The translations under genes were made by a program, and so were the position numbers. From a virus, in IMG/VR virus record IMGVR_UViG_3300032236_001159, positions 21,711 through 85,710 of that record: a DNA stretch of 64,000 nt, one strand, 5' to 3'. Shown piece by piece: positions 29,298-42,000 of this stretch. Each line of letters opens with the position of its first letter. Positions within the stretch are counted from its first letter, which is position 1. The notes under the pieces were generated by a model. The model was not told the DNA's origin and ran no database searches. It worked only from the letters and a program-made list of their open reading frames with translations.

Positions 29298-29642
29298 TTA
29301 TGCAGTGGTAACGCCGGCAGTTACAATCGCACTTCCTTCCACAACTCTGGTTTTAATGGAAGCCGCATCTATTAATAAAATATCATAAGAATATCTTCCT
29401 GGTTTTATTCCAGAAGTAATTGAAGATCCTAAAGAGATTGTCAATTTACCAAAAGATCTATTATTAAATGAAACATCAAAGCTTGCAGTGATTTTTGATG
29501 ATGCTGGACTTTTTTTAATAGAAGAATATGCAGTATATCCAGTCAAATCCAATGGAGTATTTGCAGTAGTTTCAAAATCAAATGTTTGGGTGAAATCAGT
29601 TCCCGAATTGATTATGATGTTACTAACATAGGAAGCTGCCAT
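29298..29642 (-). CDS. Virion structural protein (Ig/BppU-like)
   Basis: I.SGTDF...LDLTGYT...GRYSYDI...RVVEG..V..GVT. Confidence 0.7.
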   Translation of the reverse strand: MAASYVSNIIINSGTDFTQTFDFETTANTPLDLTGYTAYSSIKKSPASSKITASFDVSFNNRSFGKLTISLGSSITSGIKPGRYSYDILLIDAASIKTRVVEGSAIVTAGVTTA

Positions 29643-29671
29643 TATTTAAAATTTAATACATTCTAATATAT

Positions 29672-29893
29672 TTAGGATTTACTAGAAACCAATTGAATTA
29701 ATAAATCTTTTATCACATCAATATCTTTTTTAATATTTTCAACATCAATTTCCAATTGCTTTGATTTTTCTATCTCCTTTAATTTATTTTCCTTTGCTTT
29801 TATATAATTTTGATAGTCACTGTCGGAGCAATTTATAATTGCTCCGCTTTTTTCGTCACGAAATAGCGATTTATTATTTTCAACAGGAATCAT
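29672..29893 (-). CDS. Conserved small hypothetical protein
   Basis: LFRDEKSGAIIN followed by a coiled coil. Confidence 0.7.
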   Translation of the reverse strand: MIPVENNKSLFRDEKSGAIINCSDSDYQNYIKAKENKLKEIEKSKQLEIDVENIKKDIDVIKDLLIQLVSSKS

Positions 29894-32800
29894 GATTTTG
29901 TTGCGATTGCTCTCAGGTCTTTAATTTTTGGATAAAGTGCCTGATTTGTTCCAGACATTAAGATTTTGATTTGGAATCCATTAAATGGTGCCAAATTATG
30001 AGCAGTAAATTCATAACTACCTAAATCATTAAAATTAACAGAAGGTATAACTAATTTATCTGGAAGTCCATTATTGTCTTTTGGATCAATTACATCTCCA
30101 TTATTGTTTAGATTTGAATACCCAGGGAATAGTTCGAAACCTTGTTGTTGAGACGATGTATCATCTCTCAATAATCTATACATTACTCTAATATCACTAG
30201 AAGCATCTCTATATGCATCAAATAATACCATCAAACTATCTGCAGACTGTTTCAATTTGATGATTTTTGAAACATAAATTGCCGCATGTGGATCATCAGT
30301 CAAACTGTTTACGCTGGAATTCGTAGCATAGTTTGATACTGGAGAATTTAATCTGGACATAATGGTGATAATATTCACTCTATCCAGATCAATCATTGGA
30401 GATACTTTGGGGTCTCCTGTAGAAAGTACCATCTCTAATGTAAATGATTTTGCTCCTGGATAATTTCCGAGATTATTAGATTCATTTATTTTAGAAGCAA
30501 TAATTCTAGTGGAATTTAAAATATTATTTGAATTTAATGAAATATCTTCAAATCCTTGATCTACAAATGAGGTTTCCGTTCCATCAGCACTTGTTCCGGA
30601 GAAAGTTCTAATTCTTGCACTAATATTGGTAGTCTGTGGCAATAATGTTTGGATATTTGGTCTTATAATACTAAATGGAATATTTTGTGTTGCTTTTGGA
30701 CCTTTTTCGAATCCAACTATCGGATTTGTCGATTCATACGTTCCTCCGGATTTTCTTTGTGAGAAGAATAATTCTGGATATCCATTTACATTCGAAGTAG
30801 TTCTGTCTGCACCATCAATAGATGTATCTAATATTAAATTATATTCATCCAAATCTATAGGATAAGAATCTGTGATTGTATGAGTTTTATTAATTCTCTT
30901 CAAAGATACACCATTAAGTTCATATTTAAATACTAAATCATTTGCAGAATATGATCCTGCAATTGGACCTCTCGCAATTCCAGTTAAACTATTAGTGGAA
31001 GTATTTACTCCAGTATAACCTATGATTTCATTTTTAATAATAACATAACCAGTATTTGCTGAACCAACTGGAATATTTTCAAAACTTGTGAATATTCCAA
31101 CAGAGGATGATAATGGGATATCCGAGGTTGAAGAGGAACTATACGATGCAGATAATTTTAATGGAGATAAATCTGGCTCAATTCCACTTAAAGTAACTTT
31201 GTTCTGTGAAGAATACATTCCATGATTATTATGATTTACTTTAATTCTCAGACCAGTAGTAATGTCAATAAGTGAGGTTACGCTCGCATTCGCCATTGTG
31301 ACAATACCAGTTTGTCCATTATAGGTGATATATTTTGTCGAATCTGTGGAATCAATTTTTCCTTGAATATTATCAACAATTAAAGAATTTATTGAAGTAA
31401 TAATACCAGCAGTATTTGGAATTGTAATGAGAAGATTTTTTCCAAGATTTCCAGTATCCGTAGAAGCAATACTTAAAACATCGCCAATTGCATATCCAGT
31501 GCCACCAACAGAAACTGTTGCAGCTACTGCGACACCACCAATTACAGTGAGATTTGCCTTAGCACCTTGACCGTATCCACTGACGGCAACTAAATTTTTA
31601 TTTTGGAATGTGACGGATCCACTAGTATATCCACTTCCGGGATTTGTTATAGTTAGTGTTCCTGTTGCCCCAGTACTAATACCACCTAAGACTGATCTCA
31701 ATTTTCCAGAAAAATTAGAATTATTTTTCTGGAAAATTTGAACTCCATTAATTAGATTTGCTTGATCAGCAGCAGAAATGCTAGTTCCAATTCCAACCAA
31801 ACTCGATTTTGAATACATTTGAATTGGATTTGGTCTCAGTGCTGCAATTTGATTATTTCCAATATCTAAATTTGGATTATAAAATCTTACGGACGCAGAA
31901 CTTGTTACAAAATTTGCACGATAAAGTGTCATCTTCAAATCTTCAAGTTGACTTGCATCCCAAGTAGAACCATTTTGTGATTTGAATAAAGAACCTAGAA
32001 GTGGTTGTTGTGCCACAACAATTCTTTCTGCTTCTGGTCTGGTCAAAGTTGAAACATCAGTTTCGGTCATTCTTGAAATCCAAACATTATACTCATCTGA
32101 AGCCGACAAAAGAACAACAGCATATGAATTTGCGGTTTCTAGATAAACAGGAGATGGGAATGTAAAAGTAGTTGGAACGGAAGCATCATCTGAAATGCGA
32201 ACTTTATCTGGATCTAAAATAACTTCCGCAAATGGTAGAATGGTTTGTGTTGGCAAACCAGTACTCATTGTTCTTATTTGTAAAGTAATTGGAAGATTAT
32301 TTGTAGATTTTGATTTGAAGAAAATATCACATTTTGTTACATATACCCCATTTGGATCCGATACTTCAAATGATTCTGCAAGTGGATCTACCCATCTAGT
32401 TTGGGTTACAGTTCTGTTTATAAATGATGTACTTGCCACAAGTCTTGTATCTGTTTCCGATGTTTTTCTATCATCGGTTTTTACATCTCTAGATATGTTT
32501 GCATTACGAATACGAAGAGTAGTTGATTCTACATTATCCAATGTTCCACTTGATGAGAAATTAGTTTCTGCAGAACTTTGAGCAAATCCAGAAATTGTGG
32601 AATTTGTTGAACTTGTAGTAAGTGTGAATGTTTTATTTCCTGTGGTAAATACTGGAGTTGATGGTGAAGTTGGGTCCGGAATAAATAGTGATCCAATAAA
32701 AGTTCCAGAATTATCACTAATCAATCTAAGATTTTTTATATCTGCAATTGCTCCACTAGTTTGTCCAATTAAACGCATTCCATTAGAAACACATCCATAA

Positions 32801-35800
32801 AAACTAGAATTTGATTGCAATTCTAAACTTGCAGTATCAACATTCAATAAACCAGTAGTTGAAGAATAACTTGATGAAATTGTGCTCGATGAATCATATG
32901 GATTAATTGAATAGTATTCAGATGGTGAATTGTATGGTCCATATTTGTGATTTTGAGATGCTAATCTGAATTTGATTGATTTTGATCCCAAAATACCTAT
33001 GACAGTTTCTCCAGTAGAAAATGTACCACTTATCATTGAAACTTCTAAAAGTTTAGGGATAATATAATTTGACATATCAATATTATCAAAGAATGCATAA
33101 AATTGACTATTTGGTTTAAGTCTTTTTGCGATAACTTCAATATTTCTTGATCTCATATGAGTTATAATGTCTCTAGAAATTACTCTATCACCAAGATTTG
33201 TTGTATCAAATCTTGATGTGACACCATATTGAATTCCTTGTCTAGTTTGATTTCTTGATGTGATTGTAGTTTGATTTGAAAAATTAATAAAACTATCTTT
33301 GTAAGTATTAGTTCTATCCTGACTTTGCATCATCGCACCATTTGCAGGATTGCGAGATTGATGTAAACCTGAGGTAGCAATCCAATCAGTTGAAGATGTT
33401 AAAGTTGATCCAGTTTGTTGTGTGAATAGTGCTGGCCCATTTGTTGTTTGTGAACCAGTCCAAGTTGTTTCCCAAGATCCCCAATCTATGGGCGAAAGAC
33501 CAGTGTTGGTATCAACTCCCAACTGTTGAATAGCAGAATTATAAGATCCTTCAATATCAGATATTTTTTCAGTTTTTCTCGTTTCTATCCAAGTATCTGA
33601 AGAAGGACTTAGATGTATTGTCCCTATCCAATTTACAACATTGAATGGATTTACATTTTCTGTTCTTGTCGCATATGGATTTTTTACATATTCAACATCG
33701 GAATATTTTAAACACACTACATCACCAACTCTTGTCAGATTTGGTGATCCCAAATCATTCACGAATCTTAAATCTGCGTTAACATTTGATGTTGTTCCTA
33801 TTCCAAGTACTGATTCTGAACCAATAAGAAGATCAATACTTGTCGAATATGGTTGTGGATTTAATGTTCCGGCATTTTTATCGACACTAGATTTATATAA
33901 GCGATTTGAAATATCTCCACCATCGGAAGATTTGAAATTATCCACAAAGAAACCACATTTAAATCTATCAAGTTGAGTAGTGGAATCTCTTATTGTTAGA
34001 TTTTGAGTGTCAGTTTCAAGTAAAGATAGCGAAGTGTAATACTCTATATTACTAATTCTTTTATCTAAACTAGAAATATCCTGCATTCTATATCTTTTAT
34101 GTGTTGTTAAAGATATTTTGACACTAGACGTATCAAACAAATATGCAGGCAAATAGACAGTTCCGATTTCTAAGGATGAATCCAAACTATTAGGAACTTT
34201 TGGGGAAAGGGAAGGAACTCCTTTATTGATGATAAATGCGCCATCTTTATCCAAGAAGATTCTATCTATTCTTGGTAAATAATAATCATAAGAAAGATTA
34301 ATATTTTTATTTTTAGCAAAAATATCAGTTGCAGAACCATTTGTATTTTGAAAAATTCTCGATTTAAATTCAAATGGTGATGTTGTTGTGCTATTAAATT
34401 GGGAAACTCTTGGTCTGCAATCTAAAAGATCTGTAACTCTCAATCCATCAACTGATGGGATATAATCATCATAACGATCTTTATCATATGAATTTACTCC
34501 AACGAAATCTCCATTATCGGAAGAACTAATTGTGTAATTATTAAAAATTATTCTAATTTTTCTAGTAGGAGAAGAATTATTTGGTTTTCTTATGATTCTT
34601 GAATAATCTAGATATTCCGATCTTTGTCCATCATCAAAGATAAAATTATTCTTAATATTTTTATCTCCAGGAAATACTGTTGCTATTGTTGCTTGTATTT
34701 TTGATTCTTGGAATGTGACGAGTTCTCCAATTGTAAATACGTTCTCATTCAAATAAACAATATCAATTTGATTTGTTCCAGTGGATGAAACTAATGTTGC
34801 TACAGCTTTACTATTTTCCCCAACTACCAATTCTCCTTTTGTGGAGTTTAAAATATTAGAAGATAAATTAATAAGTTGCAAATAAGAAAGAGATGGATCT
34901 CCAGATGTGGAAGATTCGATAATTGCAACAATGTTTGATACATCGGGAATATTTAAAGAAATTTCTTTATCTTGTACTCTAGTCCCATATATTTGACTAT
35001 ATGTCAATCCATCATTGAAAGTAGTAGACCCAATACCGGATCCTTGTGATGATGATTTATCTATAATTAATGATGTGCATCTATTAAAAATTTTCTTTTT
35101 GGTGGATGTATTAATTTTATTGAAACTCACAGTTAAAACTGCGGATCCATTTTGACTAATATTTTGTAAACTGACGGTTCTTCCAGAAACAATTAGTTTT
35201 TGATCACTTAATGATTCTATAACTCCATTCACAAATGATAGATTATAATCTTGTTCATTGAATGGCAACAGCGTTAAACTGGTATCAGTTTCAAGCACTT
35301 GAGTTGCAGCACCATTAGAAATAGTTACATTATAACTTCTCTTAATTGTAATATTAGAATCAGTTAGAGATAAATTTGAAATATTTGATTTATTTAATTT
35401 GGAATACAATGAAACATCTGCTGTATTTAAAACATCAAGGGTTGCTTTTTTAATATCGGTATTTGTGGATGCGGATGTTGGTAATGTTCCAACACAAACA
35501 CCAGAAATAGAAGGCAATGGAATAATTTGAATACTTTTTGATGATGTACTAACTTGATATACTTGATTGTATGTTGGAAGTGTGTCCCCTTGCTTAGTAT
35601 ATGAAATAATATCTCCAGTGTTTATGCCAACATAAAAATTCTGATCGGTGGTGGTGATTGTACTGATTCCAGCAGAAGCAGTTGAAATTGTAAATACTGT
35701 TCCTGGTTGTGAAATATATAATTGATTTGAAAGTACTGGATCAGCAGTAAAGCTTACGCCATTTCCAACTATTTGGTGAATATCGGAGAAATTATAATCT

Positions 35801-37407
35801 CTAACTCCAATTATTGCCCTTACATTAGTGTTTCCGTTTATATTAATAGTTTCATTATTTACAAATGAACCAGAAACTTGATATAAAGTTAAAGCATTAG
35901 ATGACGAAATGCTATTTACAAGATATCCACTTGCTCCACTACTATTACCCTGAATAAATGCAGGAATAGATTGCGTCAATGATGTATTCAAAGTAAGATT
36001 TGTGTAAGTCTGGATATCATATAAAGATACTTCAAATTGTGTCGTATTATCAACATAAACACTATTTTTTAATTTTAAATCATATACCCTAGCAATACCA
36101 ATTTGTGTCCCAGAAGAAATCCCAGCAATTCCAGTTCTTCCATTATATAAGTTAACGTATGAAGAAGATCCAAAACCAACTGGAATTATTCCAGATACAT
36201 TATTTAAATTAACTTGTCTTCCAAGATTGAATGGAATTGCTTGATTGTAATCATTATCAGTAGTTCTTGGCTTATTTAAATCAATAATAGTATTATTGAT
36301 AGTTTCAACTTCATATCCTCTAACATATGCTTTTCCTGGACTTACTGATAAACAAAGCAAATCTTTTGATGTCGGATTTCCTTGCTTTGTTACTTGATTT
36401 TCAAAATATATACCATTATTTCCTATTCTATCATTTAAACATTCTTTTGCTGTAATATCGAATGGGGTTACATAATAATCCCCTGCCTCATCATAAGTTC
36501 TTCTTGCAAGTTCATCACGAATTAAATTATAATTTGTTTCTTTTACGAATTTTTGTAACGAACCATCTTCTAATCTTAATAATTCAATAAAATTTTCATC
36601 ATTGAAATCGTTAATACTTTTTTTAATCAAGGATGTGGATATTTTTAATCTATCTGCTCCCGGAGCAGCATAATTAGAAAAACCTTGAGCGTTATCAAAT
36701 AAATCGGTATATTCATTTGATGCAACAACAATTTCTTCATTGACTAATAAACCAACTCTATAACTTGGTGAATTAGTATATTGATCCAATATAACTGTTT
36801 CTGAATTTACAGTTATAAAAAAACCACGAATAAAATATACTCCAGATACAATTTTAGCGGCAGATCCAATAGAAGTTGAATTCGAAAGAATAGATGTTGC
36901 AAATGTAGATCCTGATCTTATTGTAGATAAAGAGTATGAAATATCTTCTAACGCAATTAAATTCTCACCATCAACAAATGTTTTTGTTGAAAAATCACTA
37001 TTACCAGAACTCTGATATTTAATATAAAGAGTATAAGTATTTCTTTCTGATTCTGAACTAGTAATATAATTTTCTACTTTTGCCTTAACGCCACTTGTTT
37101 CACCTTGAATTAATTTACCCAAAAGACTCTCAATATAAAGAGAAATTGGAATACCTAAATGGACCTCATCAATTTGAACACAGGTATATTCTGGATCATA
37201 TGCAATTTGGCCAGGAATAACCATTGAACCTTCTTTAAAAAGGTTTTTTCCAAATTTTTCAATTTGATTTTGTAAAATAGATTGCAGAGTTGTTAATTCT
37301 CTGGCCTGTATTGGAGTTCCAGGTTTAAATAAAACTCTTTGATAATTTTTCGAATCAGAAAAATCATCAAAATATGGAGATACATTTAAATTAGTGTTTT
37401 GTGGCAT
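29890..37407 (-). CDS. Large baseplate-associated structural protein (VrlC/DUF4815-like, 2505 aa)
   Basis: NVSPYFDDF, VLFKPG.PIQARELT.LQSILQNQIE, APGADRLK, LARRTYDEAGDY, GFFVDNF, DPLAESF, GSLFKSQNGSTW. Confidence 0.88.
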   Translation of the reverse strand: MPQNTNLNVSPYFDDFSDSKNYQRVLFKPGTPIQARELTTLQSILQNQIEKFGKNLFKEGSMVIPGQIAYDPEYTCVQIDEVHLGIPISLYIESLLGKLIQGETSGVKAKVENYITSSESERNTYTLYIKYQSSGNSDFSTKTFVDGENLIALEDISYSLSTIRSGSTFATSILSNSTSIGSAAKIVSGVYFIRGFFITVNSETVILDQYTNSPSYRVGLLVNEEIVVASNEYTDLFDNAQGFSNYAAPGADRLKISTSLIKKSINDFNDENFIELLRLEDGSLQKFVKETNYNLIRDELARRTYDEAGDYYVTPFDITAKECLNDRIGNNGIYFENQVTKQGNPTSKDLLCLSVSPGKAYVRGYEVETINNTIIDLNKPRTTDNDYNQAIPFNLGRQVNLNNVSGIIPVGFGSSSYVNLYNGRTGIAGISSGTQIGIARVYDLKLKNSVYVDNTTQFEVSLYDIQTYTNLTLNTSLTQSIPAFIQGNSSGASGYLVNSISSSNALTLYQVSGSFVNNETININGNTNVRAIIGVRDYNFSDIHQIVGNGVSFTADPVLSNQLYISQPGTVFTISTASAGISTITTTDQNFYVGINTGDIISYTKQGDTLPTYNQVYQVSTSSKSIQIIPLPSISGVCVGTLPTSASTNTDIKKATLDVLNTADVSLYSKLNKSNISNLSLTDSNITIKRSYNVTISNGAATQVLETDTSLTLLPFNEQDYNLSFVNGVIESLSDQKLIVSGRTVSLQNISQNGSAVLTVSFNKINTSTKKKIFNRCTSLIIDKSSSQGSGIGSTTFNDGLTYSQIYGTRVQDKEISLNIPDVSNIVAIIESSTSGDPSLSYLQLINLSSNILNSTKGELVVGENSKAVATLVSSTGTNQIDIVYLNENVFTIGELVTFQESKIQATIATVFPGDKNIKNNFIFDDGQRSEYLDYSRIIRKPNNSSPTRKIRIIFNNYTISSSDNGDFVGVNSYDKDRYDDYIPSVDGLRVTDLLDCRPRVSQFNSTTTSPFEFKSRIFQNTNGSATDIFAKNKNINLSYDYYLPRIDRIFLDKDGAFIINKGVPSLSPKVPNSLDSSLEIGTVYLPAYLFDTSSVKISLTTHKRYRMQDISSLDKRISNIEYYTSLSLLETDTQNLTIRDSTTQLDRFKCGFFVDNFKSSDGGDISNRLYKSSVDKNAGTLNPQPYSTSIDLLIGSESVLGIGTTSNVNADLRFVNDLGSPNLTRVGDVVCLKYSDVEYVKNPYATRTENVNPFNVVNWIGTIHLSPSSDTWIETRKTEKISDIEGSYNSAIQQLGVDTNTGLSPIDWGSWETTWTGSQTTNGPALFTQQTGSTLTSSTDWIATSGLHQSRNPANGAMMQSQDRTNTYKDSFINFSNQTTITSRNQTRQGIQYGVTSRFDTTNLGDRVISRDIITHMRSRNIEVIAKRLKPNSQFYAFFDNIDMSNYIIPKLLEVSMISGTFSTGETVIGILGSKSIKFRLASQNHKYGPYNSPSEYYSINPYDSSSTISSSYSSTTGLLNVDTASLELQSNSSFYGCVSNGMRLIGQTSGAIADIKNLRLISDNSGTFIGSLFIPDPTSPSTPVFTTGNKTFTLTTSSTNSTISGFAQSSAETNFSSSGTLDNVESTTLRIRNANISRDVKTDDRKTSETDTRLVASTSFINRTVTQTRWVDPLAESFEVSDPNGVYVTKCDIFFKSKSTNNLPITLQIRTMSTGLPTQTILPFAEVILDPDKVRISDDASVPTTFTFPSPVYLETANSYAVVLLSASDEYNVWISRMTETDVSTLTRPEAERIVVAQQPLLGSLFKSQNGSTWDASQLEDLKMTLYRANFVTSSASVRFYNPNLDIGNNQIAALRPNPIQMYSKSSLVGIGTSISAADQANLINGVQIFQKNNSNFSGKLRSVLGGISTGATGTLTITNPGSGYTSGSVTFQNKNLVAVSGYGQGAKANLTVIGGVAVAATVSVGGTGYAIGDVLSIASTDTGNLGKNLLITIPNTAGIITSINSLIVDNIQGKIDSTDSTKYITYNGQTGIVTMANASVTSLIDITTGLRIKVNHNNHGMYSSQNKVTLSGIEPDLSPLKLSASYSSSSTSDIPLSSSVGIFTSFENIPVGSANTGYVIIKNEIIGYTGVNTSTNSLTGIARGPIAGSYSANDLVFKYELNGVSLKRINKTHTITDSYPIDLDEYNLILDTSIDGADRTTSNVNGYPELFFSQRKSGGTYESTNPIVGFEKGPKATQNIPFSIIRPNIQTLLPQTTNISARIRTFSGTSADGTETSFVDQGFEDISLNSNNILNSTRIIASKINESNNLGNYPGAKSFTLEMVLSTGDPKVSPMIDLDRVNIITIMSRLNSPVSNYATNSSVNSLTDDPHAAIYVSKIIKLKQSADSLMVLFDAYRDASSDIRVMYRLLRDDTSSQQQGFELFPGYSNLNNNGDVIDPKDNNGLPDKLVIPSVNFNDLGSYEFTAHNLAPFNGFQIKILMSGTNQALYPKIKDLRAIATKS

Positions 37408-37413
37408 TTTCTT

Positions 37414-38997
37414 TTAGAATTCCAATACAATTTTAATATCTTCTTTTTGGCTAGAAGATCTGGGGATTGCTGATCTATTATCTATGTATATGATCTCACC
37501 AGACCTTTTATTGTATTCTGCAGATGCAATACCTGCATTAAAGGTCATTCCTAATTGGTATGTTCTATTGTATATTGTTGTAGATACACCACTAAATCCA
37601 CTATCAATTGATAGTGGTGTTGTACCGTTCATTGAAGAACCATTTATTAGCAAACTTCCGCCAGAAGAAGGAGATGAAGTGAATTGATTTATTTTATATC
37701 CAACACCAATTGTAGATAATCCTACTGGTTGGTAATATTTTAAAACTCCAGTAACATTATCCCAAGATGCAACAAAACCAATTGCCGTAGAACCAACACC
37801 AACAGTTTGAGTAATGACTGAATCTACAGCATAAGTAGTAGCAGTAGTTGCAGAACCAGTAAATTTGATTGCACTAAGACCACTTATTAAAGATGTATTT
37901 AAAAGTTGTGTATTGCTCCCAAGTGTCAAAGGATTTTTTATAATTCCAACTCTTGAAAAATCATTTCCCGTAATTATATCTGGATTTGATTCTAAAGTTT
38001 CATATCTAGAATACACAAGAACACGATATGCACCAAGTTCTCTGTAAATATCATATCCATGACCACCTTTTGGCGGAATGATCACATCAAATGTGGCAAA
38101 TGAAGTCACTCCAACCCCAACATTAGTCAATGATGATGTTATTCCTGGTGCTCCTGGGTAAAATTGGATAGTTCCATATGTATATCCTTGACCGCCATTA
38201 GTAACATAAACTTCAGAAACTTTTCCGAAAGAATCTGTTGTTACTGTAACTTTACCGCCACTACCGTCACCTAAAATGGGAATATCCGTAAATGTAGATG
38301 CAGTTGGATTATATCCAACTCCTCTTTGTGTAATTATTACTGAATTGATTTTTCCATCTATAGCATTTGATTGAGTTGATATACTTTCTCCAGAAGTTCC
38401 CCAATTCTCAGGAACTGGAATAAATTCAATAGAATCAAATTTTACAATTTCCGATGGTTTAATTGTATAAAGATATTTCCAAATATAACCATCACCACTA
38501 GTTCCTGCAGCTCTTGGTTCTAAATCAATAAATGTCGGTTGGTCATATGATGGTCTTCCTGCTGGATTTTCTGGATTTGATCCATTTTGAATACAAATAT
38601 AAACTCTCAGATCTTCATTTATTACATAATAATTTGATTCATATAAACTTGATTGTTTAGTTACCGGAGTTAAATTGTAAATACTATAATTATTCTTATA
38701 CATTTCATAAGTAGTCCCTGCAGTCCAAGTGACTTTCCTAATCATTCTACGAACATCGTCCGTAGTAATTTGCTTCATTGCAATTATAGTATCTTTAATA
38801 TCATTTTCTTCTTTAAATCCATCTAATGGAGATGGTCCTGTCCCCCAAGAAGAAGAACCACCAGCTAATGGATTTGTTGAATTTGGTTGACCTATAAAAG
38901 TATAATATCTATTTAAAGTTTGACCTATACCAATAAAACTTTTAACAAAAGTTTCAGCATTTAATATTCTAAATTGGTCAGATATAATAGCAGGCAT
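37414..38997 (-). CDS. gp8: Baseplate wedge subunit
   Basis: MPAIISDQFRILNA, VYICIQNG, DGYIWKYLYTI, PKGGHG, QKEDIKIVLEF. Confidence 0.93.
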   Translation of the reverse strand: MPAIISDQFRILNAETFVKSFIGIGQTLNRYYTFIGQPNSTNPLAGGSSSWGTGPSPLDGFKEENDIKDTIIAMKQITTDDVRRMIRKVTWTAGTTYEMYKNNYSIYNLTPVTKQSSLYESNYYVINEDLRVYICIQNGSNPENPAGRPSYDQPTFIDLEPRAAGTSGDGYIWKYLYTIKPSEIVKFDSIEFIPVPENWGTSGESISTQSNAIDGKINSVIITQRGVGYNPTASTFTDIPILGDGSGGKVTVTTDSFGKVSEVYVTNGGQGYTYGTIQFYPGAPGITSSLTNVGVGVTSFATFDVIIPPKGGHGYDIYRELGAYRVLVYSRYETLESNPDIITGNDFSRVGIIKNPLTLGSNTQLLNTSLISGLSAIKFTGSATTATTYAVDSVITQTVGVGSTAIGFVASWDNVTGVLKYYQPVGLSTIGVGYKINQFTSSPSSGGSLLINGSSMNGTTPLSIDSGFSGVSTTIYNRTYQLGMTFNAGIASAEYNKRSGEIIYIDNRSAIPRSSSQKEDIKIVLEF

Positions 38998-39020
38998 TTT
39001 TACTGAATGTTTATGTTTAT

Positions 39021-42000
39021 TTATTTACTTTTAAATAATCCTCTAGTTCTTGTGACTTCAGGTGCAGTAGAAAGACCAATTAAACCATTATTTACATTCA
39101 ATGTAAATTGTTTTGGTGAACCGATTGCTCTATTTTGGTAATCGTATATTTTACCCCAACTATAATTTCCATAGAATCCATTTGTTATTGATTGTGTATT
39201 TGTCACAAAATTAATTGAATTAGTCAGTCCGGGTCCAGGACTAAAACTGCAAGTTACTGTAACAATCCCAACACCAGATGATTCTACATTTTCTGCACGA
39301 TAAACACCATCAATAAATGTATTAGCAGTTCCTACAACTACCCAAGGGGTAGAACTTGTAGTAATTCCAGTCAAAGCATGTCCACATTGAACATTACTAT
39401 TATAAATTACAAAATAATCTCCAACTGAAATTCCACTGGATATTACCCCATATGTATTAAGAGAAGAATACCCAATACCTAGAGTGCTATTATCGTAATT
39501 TTCAGATTTTAATTTAAATTTAATTTTGGGAATAGTAGATCCTGTTCCAACACTGGTATCAATTCCTACAATAATTCCAAAATCACCCTTTGCTTTGATT
39601 GAAATTATTTCTTCAATTTTTGTTTTTTCTGGTTCAATTAATACTTTTGGTGCATTATTTAAATCGTAACCAAAACCGGGATTTGTTATTGTAATTGAAG
39701 TTATTATTCCAGATGTTGTATTTGAAGTTGCTGTGGCAAAATTATAAACCGAATCACAATAAATCATTGTAGCGCCAATTCCGACAGAAATGTACCTATC
39801 TAAATCCGAAGAATAATTAATAAATTTCAATATATTTAATTGATTTGATGATCTTTGAGTCCAATTTTGAAGATCTTTGGAATAATATAAAATTCCACTG
39901 GAATCTAATAATGCATATAAATTATATAAACTATTATAATGAATATCTACGAAAGTTCTTAGAATATTTGGTGTTATAGTAGTCCAAATATTGCCATCAT
40001 AAGAAACAAATATTGTGCCATTGTTTCCAACCACTACAAATTTTGTTCCAGTCCAAATTATTTTATTTAAATTTTGCGATGTAACATTATTGGAACTCCA
40101 GAAAGTTCCAATTCCAGAAGTAACAATTGTTCCATTATTTCCAACAGCAACAATAATATTACCAAATGCAATTGAATTTAAATTTTCTGAAGTATTTGAA
40201 GAAATTTTGACAAATGAAGTACTACCTACACCAATGGCAGAGAAAATTGCGCCAGAATAACCAACAGAAAACCATTTATCCAAAGTTTGAGAATATTTAA
40301 TATCAGATAAAGATGATATATATGTACTCGCAGATCTAGTTATAATTCCAAATACAGAAGTTTCTTCGTACTTATCAATTTCACTCCAAGAAGATATTGT
40401 AGTCCCAAATCCAACTGCAGATACAATTTTTCCATATTGTCCAACAGCGATATACTTATTTGTGGAACCAATACCAATAGAATTAAATGTTATTGTTTTT
40501 GCATATCCAATATTAGTTAATGATTGTAATGATTTAGCATCAGTCGTAATAGCAACAACTCCAAAACTTCCAACTGCCACAATTGGATTTGAAACAACTA
40601 CTGATAACAATGATGCAGTAGTAGATAATCCACTAGATATAGTCCAATTTAAAATTGGATCTTTATTTTGAACTGAAACCGTAGATATTGAAACTTTAGG
40701 TGAAACAGTATAAGCATATCCTATACCACCATCTGATATAATAATAGAAGAAATTGTACTGGATACTGAAACAACTGCTTTTGATATTGATGTTGTTGTG
40801 TCTTTATTTTCAATTATCAATATATTTCTATCTGATTCCGAAAGATTATCCACATCAGTAAATAAAGGATAAGCATTATTTACATATATTGAAGTATCAG
40901 TGGAATTTACTTGATTAATAATTCTAGTTGTTGGTCTAATTGTTGATATTAAACTTGGTCTTGCCTTTGATACTAAAGAACCTTTGATAATTCTATCTTG
41001 AGTTTGCTTTGACCACTTTAAAGGTCTAAACTTACTGGGATCTGTATTGATACCGATACTATCATAATTGTAAGTATCAAGTTGATCAGAAGATACTATT
41101 TGCTTAACTACTCTTTCAAATTGCTCTCTATCCAAATTATCGTAAATATTCTCTCCAATTGTAATCGTATCTCCCTCTTTGATAGTTTTTGGTGGAGTAA
41201 TTGTTTGTACATCAAGTGAAGAACCCCTATAGAATATGACAGAACATTTTGAATTTGCTTTTGGTGCTTCATTAAATACAATTCTAGTTCCTGTAAATGT
41301 ATATGAATAATTTGGAGATTGAAGTATATCGTTCAAATAAACAAATAAATTATTTTTAAGATCCAAATCGGAACCGGGCAGTTTCTTTAAATCCACTATC
41401 TCTATAGTTCCGTCAAGTTTGGTTTGAGTTAAAGTAAATTTCTTACGAGAATTATTAAAATATTGAGAAAAATCATCAAAGAAAATAAATTGACCTGGAT
41501 AAAATCCACTAAATTTATCATTTAAAACTTCTGTTACTGTAATTTTAAACTCATTAAATGATGATCCAGCATTTGGATTTGTTGTTAAACCTACTACTTT
41601 AAGTATGTCTCCAACTTTATATCCAGTTCCAGGACTATCTAAATTGAATTGGATGACACTAGAACCAGATCCAACTTGAACAGAAACCTTTGCATTAATT
41701 CCAGATCCAGTTGAACCATTAGTATAAGCAATTCCAAGATTACTATAACCAAGAGGAAGATCAATATTTACATAAATTGGGGATGATGACGTGTATCCAA
41801 TGCCACCATTAACAATAGTAAAATTGGATATAGTTCCACCAACACCAATAGTTGGAATTATAGAAGCACCAAAACCTACAGTAGATGCAATACTGACACT
41901 TGGGGGGGTTCTATAACCGCTTCCAGCACCTTTTATGGCAATTGCGTTTATAGTTCCCCCAACAGAAACAGATGCTGTTGCAGATGCACCTAGAAGTGGC